64,000 nucleotides of DNA from Bugula neritina (lineage: Eukaryota; Animalia; Bryozoa), in NCBI GenBank assembly GCA_964035545.1, contig OZ037766.1:30804773-30868772 (forward strand), in the 5' to 3' direction. The notes under the pieces were generated by a model. That model saw only the letters and a program-made list of their open reading frames with translations, was not told where the DNA came from and made no database searches. This document shows positions 1 to 12,748 of the stretch, piece after piece (the stretch's first letter is position 1; each line of letters starts with the position of its first letter). A program made the translations under genes and the position numbers.

Positions 1-24
1 AGAAAAATATTTTTCTGTCCAAAG

Positions 25-3000
25 GAGATGGAAACTTTGCACTAAACATGACAGCCATGAAAAGTAGGTCATATTACGAGGTCTTCTCTGCTAACAAGAT
101 GATAAGTCAAGCTGCCGCTGCCGTGGATGGACTAACAGACATTGGTGACCTCTCCTTGACCCCAGAAACAACCAACCAATGGTGGACGGTCAAACTTAGA
201 CAACTTATTGAGCTTCTCTTTGCAAATGTTTACTTACAGAAGAGAGATTCTGAAGATGCATGTGGTGGGTTATACGCAGCACAGTCAAATCCCACCAAGC
301 CTTGATTTTAAATATCAGAATATTTATATATTTTTTTATTCTGCATGATAACATTCTAAAACTGTCTTAACCCTTCAAACCTCATAACATATTTGAACTA
401 AAGAAACTACTTTGTAAATCATCAACATTGAAGATGCATTTACAATACTGGGGTTTTTCTAAATATTACATTTAGATGTGTAAAATGTTATATAAAAACC
501 TAAACGTTTGGGCTATCAAAAATTCCTTTTACAAATCAGAAGCTTTAGCAAACTCTTGTGGAGTTGTAGGTCACTACTCCCTGAGAGAGACTCATTACCT
601 GATCTCAAACTTGACCTACATAAGAGATGACCCTCACCCTGGTAACCCTGGCTGGAAATCCTGCACCTACCGGCATGACAGCTCTTTAACAGAGTTTACT
701 GTAGTTTGTGACGAGTATGACCCCACCCCTGTAACTAAGCACTTTGCTATAAGGACCACAGGGCAATTTGCTGGTGGAATACAGCTAAGAGAAGTTGAAG
801 TTTTTGGACTGGGTAAATGTACTAACAACTGGGCATATAGAATAACAATTATATCTTAGTGTATAACTAATTTGCATTATAAAATAATCTTTAGTTGATA
901 TACTGTAGCAATAATCTTGAGTAACCAGTACAATATTATTTTCTCTTGCAGTGATTGAATGTTACAAAATGGTAAAACAAGTTGAAATATCACACAAGGA
1001 AAGCTAGTTATAATTTAAGAAAATATTTTTAATTATTTTAAATAAAAGATTTTCAAAAACCTATTTAAAAACAAACTTGAAGTAACACTATTTCATGGCC
1101 AGTACCTGTTGTAGACATTTTTGATTTATCAATAAAAGGGAAAAAATGTAGAAATAAAATTAGGAGAAAGTTTTGTTTTTCAATTAAAAGTACTAGTTAC
1201 AATGTGAAGTTGTCCTATTGATATAAATACAGGTCTGCTTCTATGATATAATTGAAATCAATTACACATTTTATAAATACTAGCATAAAGAGTTCACTGT
1301 AAATAGCATTTTGAATTTTAAAATCAATTTAACACAAAATACAGTCTGTAATAAAATTAGTTATGATTAGTTACAAGGCAGTTCTTTTCATTGCAAGTAA
1401 GATAAGTATAAATAAAATTATAAATTAAATAGAATAGCAGATATGAAAATAAAAAATGCAATGCATCTTTTAAATACTATAATGTTTTCCAAGTATTACG
1501 GAGTTATCCTACATTCATCTGTAGAAAACATAAACTTAGCTACCACAGAGACGAATGTGGGAACTTATTCTAACAACCAGGGACAAGCATCAGTACTAAA
1601 TGATGGCAGAAGAGATTCTGCGAGTACGTTCAGGGCGGCATCATCTTTCTGGGCGCTATCATTTGGTCGCGACGTGAAGTTGTCATATGTGAAGATATTT
1701 CTTGACTCTCACACAAACCTCTGTTCTTCTCAAGACTGCAGTAAGTTGAACAATATGTCTAGTGACAGTTATAAAATGGGCTTTGGTTTTAGGCATTATA
1801 TAAGATTATCTGTTATTGTAGAGAGACAATATGTGCTGAAATAGTCATTTCAAACCAAATTTATTTAGCAGAGTATAAACAGTGCTGTCAAAAGTATAAT
1901 AGGCTTACAATGCAATTATATGAAAAAAATAAAATGCGGTTTGCAAGGTTTTGAATGTTGCTGTCTGAGCATGTATTTAAAAATCTGTAATTGTTACTGG
2001 AGCTTAGGTAACTTTGTTATTTCTATACTTATTGTAGATTCTTTAGAATATGTCCTTGAACTTCAAACCAACCAATATCCTCATAACTGGAGTCCTGGAT
2101 CACAAGCAGACAAAGGCTGGAAGATTTGCACTGATGAGAAGTTTACGATACCAAAGTGGGAACGAGAAATATTGACAAGATGTAAAACTAGTATGGGATA
2201 CTTTTCTCCTCGTGTCATTCGACAGCTCAGTGTACGAATGTTACCTCAAACACAGTCAAAGAATATTAAACTCACTGAAGTGGAAATATATGGAAGATCT
2301 TATCATTATTCGAATAGTTTGTATCTAAAATTACATATTACTTTTCAATAAATAATTTCTATTCAACAAACAGCATATATCATTGTTTCATCTAATAAAT
2401 AAAATTAATTCATTTTGAAAAATGATTGTATAGTATTTTTACTAAAACTTGCTGTGAAAATTGTGATTAAATTATCAAGTGATAAGTTTTTCAACAAATG
2501 TGATTTTGGTGCTTTTGTTAGTGTCTGAGAACTTTTTTTAAAAAAGCTAATAAATTCTGCTTTACTAGGTCATGTTTTCAACCATAAAGGAGATTGTAGA
2601 CCAAGTTGCTCAACTGGGTTTTATCCTAGCCCCAGTAGCGCGTGTCTACCGTGTAGAGAAGATGAATGTGAGAAGTCATGTGACCTACGTCATGTGACGG
2701 TGTTGCCTGACAGTAACTGGCAGTTTAACATTTTGACTAACGGAGCTTGGCATGGCTGTACTAGAATATATGGAGATGTTATTTTACACCGAAAGCTTTT
2801 TGAACAGTGTAAGTGAGCATTATAAGTGCGTGTAAATGTAGGTGTGAGTAAGTGTAAGTGTAAGTAGTTGTAGGTTTAAGGAAGTTCAGGTGTGAGTAAG
2901 TGTAAGTAGGAGTAAGTGTAAGCAGGTTAAAGTAAGTGTAGATGTGCCCAAGTGTAGGTCTAGGTGTAGGGGTAGATAAGTTTACGTGTAAGTCAGTATA

Positions 3001-6000
3001 TATGTGTGAGTAAATGTAGGTGCAAGTGATAGACTTAGAGATGGAAATAATTACCTTCACTCAAATGAATCATATCTAAAATATGTATAAATTAGTTTTA
3101 TGCAATCATATTTCATCAAATGAGAGTTTAATTTGCATTTTATTTAAAATATACGACAATTTTTTAAAATAATATTTTTGGAAAAATGTGCATTTGTATT
3201 AGCAATAAAATATCAGTAACTCTAAATATTTTATTCAATAATAGTCTGGCAGAACTGGGGGTTAGGTTCGCAATCTCGGATAAAGTTTTTTTCTCTTTTG
3301 ATTATTTATCTTGAGGGTCCAGGTAGATGTTTCCAGGTGGGTGTGGACCTGCCACCCTTGAGCATTTCGAGAAATCCAAGATGGCCGCCAATTATGAAAA
3401 AATCGTAATCTAGTCGGCATAAAGTCTAAATTATGTTGCAAAAACAAAATTTTTTTGATGATTAAAATAGATGTGCATTTTTAGAATGAATATGTGCAAT
3501 GCCAGTAAAAAAGAAATCAAAGTAAAGAGCTAAGAGACATGTTTTTCAGCTCAAAAATCGGAATTGCTTCAATAAAACATCACATATGGTGCAGAGAAAT
3601 GATACAAGGTTTTTGAATGACTGTTTGGGCACTGGGCAGATATATAAAAAAAAACATTACTTATTGCCAGGAAATAAAAAGTGAAAAAAAGATACAGATG
3701 CAACATATTGCTCAGCTAAAGTTAAAATTGAACGTATATATAATCGTACAAATGCGACAAACTTTCACTCATGTTCATATTAAACACCTTTTTCATTTTT
3801 TTTATCATCAGTATTTGTTAGAAATGTTAGTTCATTGCAGCACACTCCTGTTACTGCTTCACAAGGGCAGAACTCTGTGCATGGGATAGATGTACTAGAA
3901 TAGCCATATCTTGTTGTTTAACATGATTGTTGGCTTCCACAGGAGCATTTAATGAATTTGGGCCATTTTACTTTATTTAGTACACATCAGCAGATTATGA
4001 TCAAACATTTTAAAGTTTGCTCAAAATTTATGAAACTTACTATATGGGGTAATAGAATTCGCTGATTCTATCTATGCATAACAAAATGACTGGGAAGAGG
4101 TCCTGCAACATTTAAGCGCGGCGTCATTGTCATACGAGCTAAATATACATTTGTGAATCATCACGGCCTATATAATATCTCAATGTAATAATAAATTAGG
4201 AATAGACATAGAAAATCATGCATAATTGGAAAAACCTTAATTATTCAGTTTTATTTGTTAAAATTTTGATAGTTTGAGGCAAAAATCTATATACAATAGC
4301 AGCTAAACTGTAAAAAATCGCCGAAAGCTAGAGCCGTCGAGTGTACACCAAATTAACTAACATGATCTACTTCATAATACTGTCTGGTGTAAGCACAACA
4401 TCATTTCATAATCCTTTTGGGAAAAGAGATTCTATTAGATTCCCTATCACTTACCAATGTTCTAGTGGGCTTAATGCCGCAGTTTCATATGGCTACCTGG
4501 AGGTGTGCTCTGGTGACATTGTCCAATAGCTTCATCTGTAGGAGGCAAAGTACATAAGTTAAAGGCACATCGCAAATAGCATTGCTGACCTTGGTTTCCC
4601 AAGTCTTTTGTCTTGTAGATGTCATGGAGGAGCACTTTGCATAATTGTAGCAACATAGCATAAACTTGGTAGCTTGTATGAATAGTAATCCTGAAAAAAG
4701 CACTAGTGTCACCAAATCACATTTTCCTTCTACCAAGACATTTAGTATGACTGGACTCCCTTTCCAATATTCTACATTGTTGCCCCTGAGAGACCATGGG
4801 AAGGCAGCAAATTGTTCATCATAGGGCTTTGTCTCAGACTTTCTCATCCAGTACGCCGTTGTCCAAGATGAGTAGCGGTTTTGCAGGGCACCAAGTGCTA
4901 TCAGAGAGTGTCATCTGATTCTATTGTCAACATCTTCATCTGAGAAGCCACATTTCAGTATGCCATCCTTCACTGTATCCGTTAACCTTTTTTGCCCCCT
5001 CCCCCCTCTCCCTTTCTCTTTCTCTGTATCTTCATCTCAGCCACCATTATAATATCTTCCTCCGTATCTCTTCTGCGCACATGTCCATACTATTGAAGAG
5101 GTCTTCTCCTCATGTCTATTGCGATAGCTTCTATTTTGGCCTCCTCCTTTTTATTATCATTTGTTACATGGTCTTCCCAATTCATATTGTAAATTTTTTT
5201 AAGCATCCTCATCTCAGTTGCACTTATCTGCTTCAATATTGACAAGAGCAACTGGGTGGCATCATTCTTTTAGTGGGTCACTGCAGAGTTCAATCTTCCG
5301 TTTGACAGACTCCCTGTCCTTTGAATCAGATTGGATTCTTGATTGCATCTCATCCTTATGAGTAGTGAAAGCATTTATTTCAGACTCATCCCTGATGTCA
5401 CTGAGGCCATACTATATCTTGTTGCATGCAGAAGTGCTGTACACCCACACCTTGAGAGTTTCAAATTTAGTGGTGATGCCAATGATTCCCCCTTGCTGTG
5501 ACCAAATCTCACGAAAGTCACCTCAATGGTCATGTCTGACCAGATGCCGTCGAGCTGGCTGCGTTTATGATGCATTGCGTGGTTACCAGCCGCGAATTCA
5601 ATCCTTACATCTTGTGGCATGACCTCCACGCTATGCAGATAGTGCATTTCCTCTTCTATTGCTAGGTATAAGGCCCAGTCTCATTTTCTAACAGATATGA
5701 TGTGGGTGTTGATGGTAAAAATTGGTCCAATAAAGCACATGGCCCACAGTTTTGCTGTTCTTGAGCTCTCTGCAATCTTAACATCTTTTCAAGCTCCTTC
5801 ATGCTAGTGATTACACTTTCATCAAGACTAGCTTTAACAGTTCTCCCACCAATATTCTCAGACCTTGTACATTCTGGAGAAACTTTTTCTATTTAGCATT
5901 TTGGAGAAACAACCAAAAGTAGAATTAACTACTTCTACCAAACCACTTTCAGCTATTAGTGTTCCAGTGCACCCAACATAGGTCATTAAAAGAGGAGAAA

Positions 6001-9000
6001 TTAATAGTAAACGTCAATGAAAGGGGATTGGTATGAAAAAGGTAGGGAACAACTGTTCTAATAGATGTATTACTTCCCTCAGCATGAAATACATTTTCAT
6101 TTATAAAAAACTGTTGCAAATGCTTTTAGAGGAAAAGTCAAATGGGCTGATTGTAGAAATAGTTTTCGAAAGCAAAAATGTCAATATTTAGATAAATGAT
6201 GTGTCAATAATAAAGCAATTAAATTATGTTAAGAAGCCTTAGTGCTGTGTTATTAAAATTTTTGACCCCTTTTTATAACTTTAAAAAACATAGCTAAAGT
6301 TTTAAAACTGAAAATAACTATTAAGTTGGCAGCTCAACAAATCTTTTCGATAGGCATGCCAGTTGGAAATAAATTGCTATTCAACTCATATGGCAATGAC
6401 GTTGCATTTTAAGTTTGCAGAACTCCTTTCAGCTTTATTTGGTGGACATACTTGTAATCAGCATATAAAATCACACCATATAGTAAACTTTCATGAAGTT
6501 AGAACAAACTGATGCAGAGATAAAAGGAAATTATAAACACGGCAAGGCTAGGTTAAACTTGAAAAAATGAATGATTAGGGCTTAGCTTAGTTACCCTTGG
6601 GTATCATTTGCCTATTACTCAATAATGCATATGATAAAGGCACATGCATCTTTATTATATTAATTTCTAAAGATTTCAAAGCATTGGAACCTTAAATTTA
6701 GCCCCAATGGGTAGGTACATTTGAATTAGAAAAAATCGTTTGGTGCCTGGTGGCCATCTTGAATTTCTCAAAATGCTCAAGGGTAAGAAGTCCACACCCA
6801 CCTGGAAACATTTACCTAGACCCTATATTTGAATAATCAGGAGAGAAAAAAACTTTATCCGGGGGTGCGAACCTAAGTCAAAAATTGGTGTTTTTCTGCC
6901 AGACTATAATGAAATATATTTGCTACAACCTGATTGGTTGCAGATAGCCAGAACGTGAAGACCCAACAATTGCTCTCAGCCGCATTTCTTGACAAGGTGT
7001 TTGGAAACTTAAAACTGATAACAGGAACATTTGTCTGGAATAGTGGCTCTCACGCCACTAGTTTGACAAATCTAAAAATGTTTCGATCCTTAGAAGTTGT
7101 GAGGGGAGAAACAGTTTGGAACATTTCATCCTGCAGTTCTCCAGATTCATGCAATGGGTAGGTGCTTTCTGTTGATAACACTAAATATATAAATGACGGT
7201 GAAAATATGAAAATTTCTCAGAATAGATGTTACATTTAAAGGTTCACTTAATAAATTTGTGTATAGTTATATTTTCACAGGCAAACTAATTTAACCCATT
7301 TTAGCAAGTGGGTAAAACCCAGCTTTTATTGCATTTTTAGCAAAAAAGTATTTTAATCAAACTAACGGGCATAAATTAAAACTTGACTTTGTTTTTTGTA
7401 ATTTCCATTCACAAGTTACAGTTTAGAAAACCCATTACCTAATGACCTTCACCTTTGGGTAATCTGCTTATATTCACGCAGAGCTACAGAGCACTTTTCA
7501 CAAACTGAACTCTCTCATAACTTTGTATACTTTAGTTACAGAGTTTAAAATAAAAAGTTGTTAGTTTCATCAGTTCAAACATTTATAACCAAACTGGTAA
7601 ATTGGTAGTGACTCTAACTTTAACTACAAGAACTAATCTGAATTTCTCAATTTTTTATTTTTAGTAAATCTTCATTTTATATAAACACCAACACAATGAC
7701 TCACTTTGGTATACCTAATGTTCTGGAAATACCCAAAGGAAATGCTGTAATACAAGCTAGAATGCTTTGCTTACCAACTCGGAAGGACTTAAAGTCTCAG
7801 CTAATAACTAAAGAGCAACTTTATATTTTAGTGAAAAGGGCTAAAGATTGCTGTAAGTGATAAGGCTTATTCATGCATTGTGAACACTTGCAATTAGCTT
7901 ATAAACAAAATTTAGGTGTGCTGGCACAGTTTTGGTATCATTTTATAGCTTTAAGTTTATAAATACTGTTTATTTGTTATATTATTTGCTCTTAAGCCCA
8001 TGCACTGTCATATTTAGGAGAATTTAACTGTTGACTGGATAATAGTATATTTTGCGAATTTTTTTAGAAAAAATGCTGTCTTTAGTTATTTAATCACATA
8101 ATGTTAATACATTATAATAGAACTTAGAAATAATTAAATATTCCTAAATATTTAAGTTATGTTGAATTTTAATACTTAATTTTTAACTTTGTTGCTTTAT
8201 TTTAACGATTCTTCTCTAAACAAACTTTTTTTCCTAATTTTCAATCTTACATAAAGAAAATGACTTTCAAATGCTATTTATATAAATTATAATTTAAAGT
8301 CATTATTAAAACTTGGAAAGACAAAAAGGCACAGCAAAACTTTCTGTGCTATGATATTTTTTTCACATTAAAAACCACCACGTTACTTGCTACATTGATA
8401 AATCTATTGGAGCCTATATTAACAAAATCACATTTTAAAACTAATAGTTACTTTACTCAATCATAACTAGGTGACTTTGAACAATTTTGTCAATTTTTAG
8501 TTCAGAAACATTTTAATCTCCAAATCCCTAACAAACACTCAATGTTTATAATTTGAAAATTTTATAGTTATAAACATTTTACTAATTTATTTAACTATAT
8601 GTTTATAAGTTCATTCTCAAGCAAAGACACTAGTTCAGTATTTGAGTGTTTAAAAGCTTTCAATAATTTCATATGTCATTCTTAGTCATAAAATAACCAT
8701 TTGACTTAATAGTCTTGAAACGTTGTTATCTATTTTATTATAGCTGCCAATTGTTCTCCGGAGTGTGCTGGAGGTTGTTCTGGAGCAGGTGGTGACATGT
8801 GCTTGAAGTGTCACCAATCTGACACAAGTTGTAAAAGATGCAAGAACTTTGAAGTTGACGGAGAGTGTTTTGAAACCTGTGATGACATGTCATATGAAGG
8901 CAGGGATGGTAAATGTGTCAGGTGTCATGAACAATGTCAGGGAGGCTGTGTGGGCCCTGTAAGTGTTTAAATGTACTATACCCAGGCTTTCAGCTGCACA

Positions 9001-9016
9001 TTTGAGTATGCTATAT

Positions 9017-9099
<83 letters not shown>

Positions 9100-12000
9100 T
9101 ATATATCATATATATACTGCATAAATGATTTTTTTTCGTATATTTATTGACAAATCTATTTTGTAAGATAGCAAGTATTTTTCTAACAATTTAAATAATA
9201 TTTAGAACAATGTTTGAAAACAAGACTTTAATTCATAGTCTAATCCAATTTTTGAAACTTGGAAATAAAGTAAAAGATGCTATCTAATTTGTTTTTAAAG
9301 CACAACTCGGATTGTACTGCATGCAAGAACTTCGTCAACAGAGGTGTTTGTGAAGAAAGATGCCCAGAGAATACTTTTCCGTTATTCGAACAGAAAATCT
9401 GCATCAACTGTTTGCCACACAAACCTTGCTTTCTTCGGTATGTATAGGCCTATTCTTTCTTTATGTTTGGAAAAAAAACATTTATATTGTGAAATTTTAC
9501 ACTACACATATGTAGTTTTAAGAAATGAAACTTTTAAAAAATTAGAGCATGTTTTTGACAGCCTACAATGCCCACAGCATTGCGTATTTGGTTTTTATAT
9601 TATTTTCAATTTTTTAAGAGTTTGATGCATTCAATTCTTACTGCTACAAGGTTATTTTAAGTAATACTCCTGAGTGAGCTGATCAACAAGTCATGTGATT
9701 CAACTTTCTGAAAGTAGTTCTTAATTATTAAAAAGCCAATACATTAAAAAACCCCTATTCAAAAAATTTTGCTCTCTAAAATACTTTGTGCACTGTTGGA
9801 ATTTACTATTTTTTTTCATGTAATGAATGACTTAAGATCTTTAAAAGAACAGTTATAAAAAAATATTGCAGCAAAATAAGAGTTTCAGATAAAATGATTT
9901 TATAAAGTTGCAATATATGTCTGTCTCATGTCCCAGACTGCCATCTATAGCTGACCCAAGTATTCTAGCTCTCAACATTGAGTATGATGGAAAGGGGATG
10001 CTGTCTTGGAAAAGAAAAGCTACTGAAGATTGTAATGCCAAATGCACCACAGAGTTCCCCAATAGGTTGACTATCATCATGAATGGGACTGCGTCTCACT
10101 ATGTCTTTGGAAGCCGTAAGTTAATTTTTTATTTATTTGGAAAAAATTTTGCTGTTGAAAGGTATTTTAGTTATAATTTAGAATTTTAACAGCGTTATAA
10201 AAAATATAATACATCTAGCAGATAGTGCTTTTTACACAGCTTGTGTAAATATATACATGCATACAATAACTTACAGGTAAAACCTCAATAAATTTATTTG
10301 AACCAAGATTTCGGCTAAAACCAGATAAAATAATAGACTTAGTTCTACAAAAGATTACACCAGAAAGGTTGACACGACCACATCCACCATTGACAGCTTT
10401 TTTTGGTGAGCAAAAAAAGACTTTGATAAAATATTTTCACTCAACAGTTTTATGCTACGAAAACAGTTTTCTATGTTGAAGTTTATAATCTCTATAACTC
10501 AAAAGCCTCTTTCTAAACATATATATAGAAACTTTCAATTTAATCAAATAATGCACCCATGCAACCCAGATATGCCAGCACGTCAAGCACATGTTTGATT
10601 TTTTCAATATAAGATATTCAGATTGTGTTATAAAAAAGTAGCTGCTTGCAGAAAATTATTGTAAGATAATTAAAATATAATGCATGTTGTAATTGAAGCA
10701 GAATTACAATTACTCTTTCATGAGCAGCTGCATCGAGTGGAGTAGTTATAAGTACGGTTAGACTGAGGTTCTTATCCAGTAAGGTGGCTGAAGTTGTGTT
10801 TGTATCAGATGAGTCTCCAGTTACTACTTCCCCTGATAGTGTCACCATCAGACTATCAACATTAGATGCAGATCTTAGTACTTTGGCACCGGGGATAGAA
10901 AGGTTTGTATATAATGTCTGTGCTTTATGTTATATTTTAAAAACTTTGGTTAAATAGATTTAATACGGTCAAAATTTGATATTTGTTGTATATAAAAATT
11001 CTCATTATCTAAAAGTATATGCTTTATAACACTATATAGTATCAATGTGAGACTTTCTTGCAAAAATTATGGAGTCTAATTTCGTGATAAACATCCTTTT
11101 ATCACACTAATCTCACGCAGCGCAAGTTTTTAGTTTGATAAGAAATGTTACATTTATAGTTTAGTGTATAGGTTTCATGAGGTTTCAATAAAATTTATTT
11201 TATAAAAAGCAAAGTTTCTTTTGCATTGAACAAAATTTTGTATTTTCAAAACTAAATATGTAATAAAACTAAAACGATGACACTGTTTTATAAACACATA
11301 AATTCACGAATGCACATTGAATCAGTTTATGTACCATAAACCTTGAATTATAAGTTCTCTGCAGAAGGCAATAATGAAATATATGTTGCAATAACATGTC
11401 ATTGTTTTTTGCTGTATTTTGTGTAAAGGATTATTATTTTGTTTACTTAAAATGTCAAATTATTTCAGAGTGATATTAATTGATGAAGCGGAGACTGCTG
11501 CCTCTAACCCATGGAAGAAGATTCTCAACAGGCACAACTTTACCTTAGAGGGAAGAGCGGAGTTTGTTCATCTGCAGGAATACACTGCGCATATCAAGTT
11601 GATATACCCAGACAGCCAAATTAAATTGACAAGAACAACAAAATATAATGGCTTGTTTTATGAAGATGGTAGGTTCAGTAAAACCAGAAAAACTTAATTG
11701 CAAAAAGAACACAAGTGCCACATACAAAGTTAAATCAGACAGAAATTAAATCTTTTGTGATTTTAGCTTGAAATTTAGGTTTTTATTTTTTTTAAAGATC
11801 AGCTTCAACTATAAGAATAATTCATTTTCATTTTTGGTATTAAGTTGTTGAAAATATTTCGGCAATATAATAACTAGTTGGTTATTCTCAGTAAATGTAT
11901 CTAGTGTAATAGAAAGTGCTACAACTTTGTACTTGGCTGTCATACTAGGAGTACATGGCCAAAAGAGTAGGCCTATATGGCTTATTTACCTATTTAATAT

Positions 12001-12748
12001 TTTAAGGGTGTTAACAAATATTCCTTTATACTAATTTTATTCTGAGTAAGTTATTAATATTAAATCAATATGAAATCGTTATCCAATACTTCAAACTACA
12101 GTTAATTTAAATTTTAGAGGAGAAGTTACTTGAAGATGCAGCTAAAGTTGGATTTGCTCCATTAAAGAGTCGGATTATCATTGAATCTCAAACACCTAAA
12201 AGGAAAAATCTCATCAATAGTGAAATCTTGGCTATTATAGTCTTTGCCTTAATAGTCTTATTATTAAATGTAAGTCATAAAACTGACTATAAATAGCATA
12301 TAGTTTAATACAGGTTGTCACAGTGTAGTGCAAGTTGCAGACTTTTTTTTATGTGTTGACAAAGTTTGCTTTCTCAATGCCTAATTTTTTACTTACTTTT
12401 TTGAACTCATGATTTTTATTTAGAATGTATATATAATGATCCTATATACCTAACTATGTATATATAGTGCTTACAACATTGGAAATTAGGCTAATAATAT
12501 GCAACTGGCAAGGCACATAGATCTTTGCAGGAAAAAAATTATTTTAAACTCAATCTGACATTTAGAAGAAAATATAAACATTTTAGTTTTAATGTATAAA
12601 CCTTGTAAATGCTGTCAAATCTGAGTCTATTTTGTTGTAGGGAGCTGTTATCCTGTATGGTTATTTTATCCACCGGTTGAAGAGGGTGAAACCCCAGCCT
12701 CAGCGAGTAGATGAGCTTAGGGCTATGGTTGCAACTGTCCATCGCTAG
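25..12748 (+). CDS. Type I membrane protein, 5'-incomplete, >=927 aa: 2x F-type-lectin/F5-8C-like domains + furin-like Cys repeat + receptor L domain + EGFR domain-IV-like Cys-rich region + stalk + TM + ~25-aa tail; no kinase
   Basis: Exons with GT-AG ends and continuous frame: 25-264, 570-812, 1525-1740, 2038-2316 (donor uncertain), 2569-2808, 6944-7157, 7665-7852, 8744-8958, 9301-9437, 9937-10115, 10728-10902, 11469-11668, 12118-12269, 12641-12748 (TAG). Lectin-fold motifs: NFALN..AAAAVDG..QWWTVKL..LREVEVFG and ..LNDG..FWALSF..LTEVEIYG. L domain: GCTRIYGDVIL, LKMFRSLEVVRG, FGIPNVLEIPKGNAVI. Cys-rich: CSPECAGGCSGAG..CHEQCQGGCVGP. TM: ILAIIVFALIVLLLNGAVILYGYFI followed by HRLKR. Confidence 0.85.
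2809..3030 (+). repeat. Degenerate hexamer array (GTAAGT-like) starting at a splice donor
   Basis: Runs of gtaagt/gtaggt/gtgagt/gtaaat units with period ~6 directly after the exon ending at 2808. Confidence 0.8.
3242..6906 (-). mobile_element. Decayed Academ-like DNA transposon in an intron of the first receptor gene
   Basis: Imperfect TIRs of ~150 bp: left TAGTCTGGCAGAA...TTAGGTTCGCA..GGATAAAGTTTTTTTCTC..GTTTCCAGGTGGGTGTGGAC..CAAGATGGCC, reverse complement at ~6750-6906. TAG...CTA termini, TAA on both flanks (3239-3241, 6907-6909). Transposase remnants on the minus strand. Confidence 0.85.
4440..5990 (-). pseudogene. Frameshifted Academ-type transposase fragments
   Basis: Minus-strand peptides LMTYVGCTGTLIAESGL..KMLNRKKF (~5990-5840), FAAGNHAMHHK..GIWSDMTIEVTFVRFG (5375-5647 ORF), GIIGITT..LKVW in a shifted frame, and LPPTDEA / NVTRAHLQVAI (~4560-4485). 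These match my recollection of Academ transposase motifs. Multiple stops and frameshifts. Confidence 0.72.
9012..9115. repeat. (TA)n microsatellite
   Basis: Directly visible. Confidence 0.97.

Noticed and set aside
2779-3060. Thr/Tyr/His-rich minus-strand ORF
   Set aside because: Antisense translation of the GTAAGT hexamer array.
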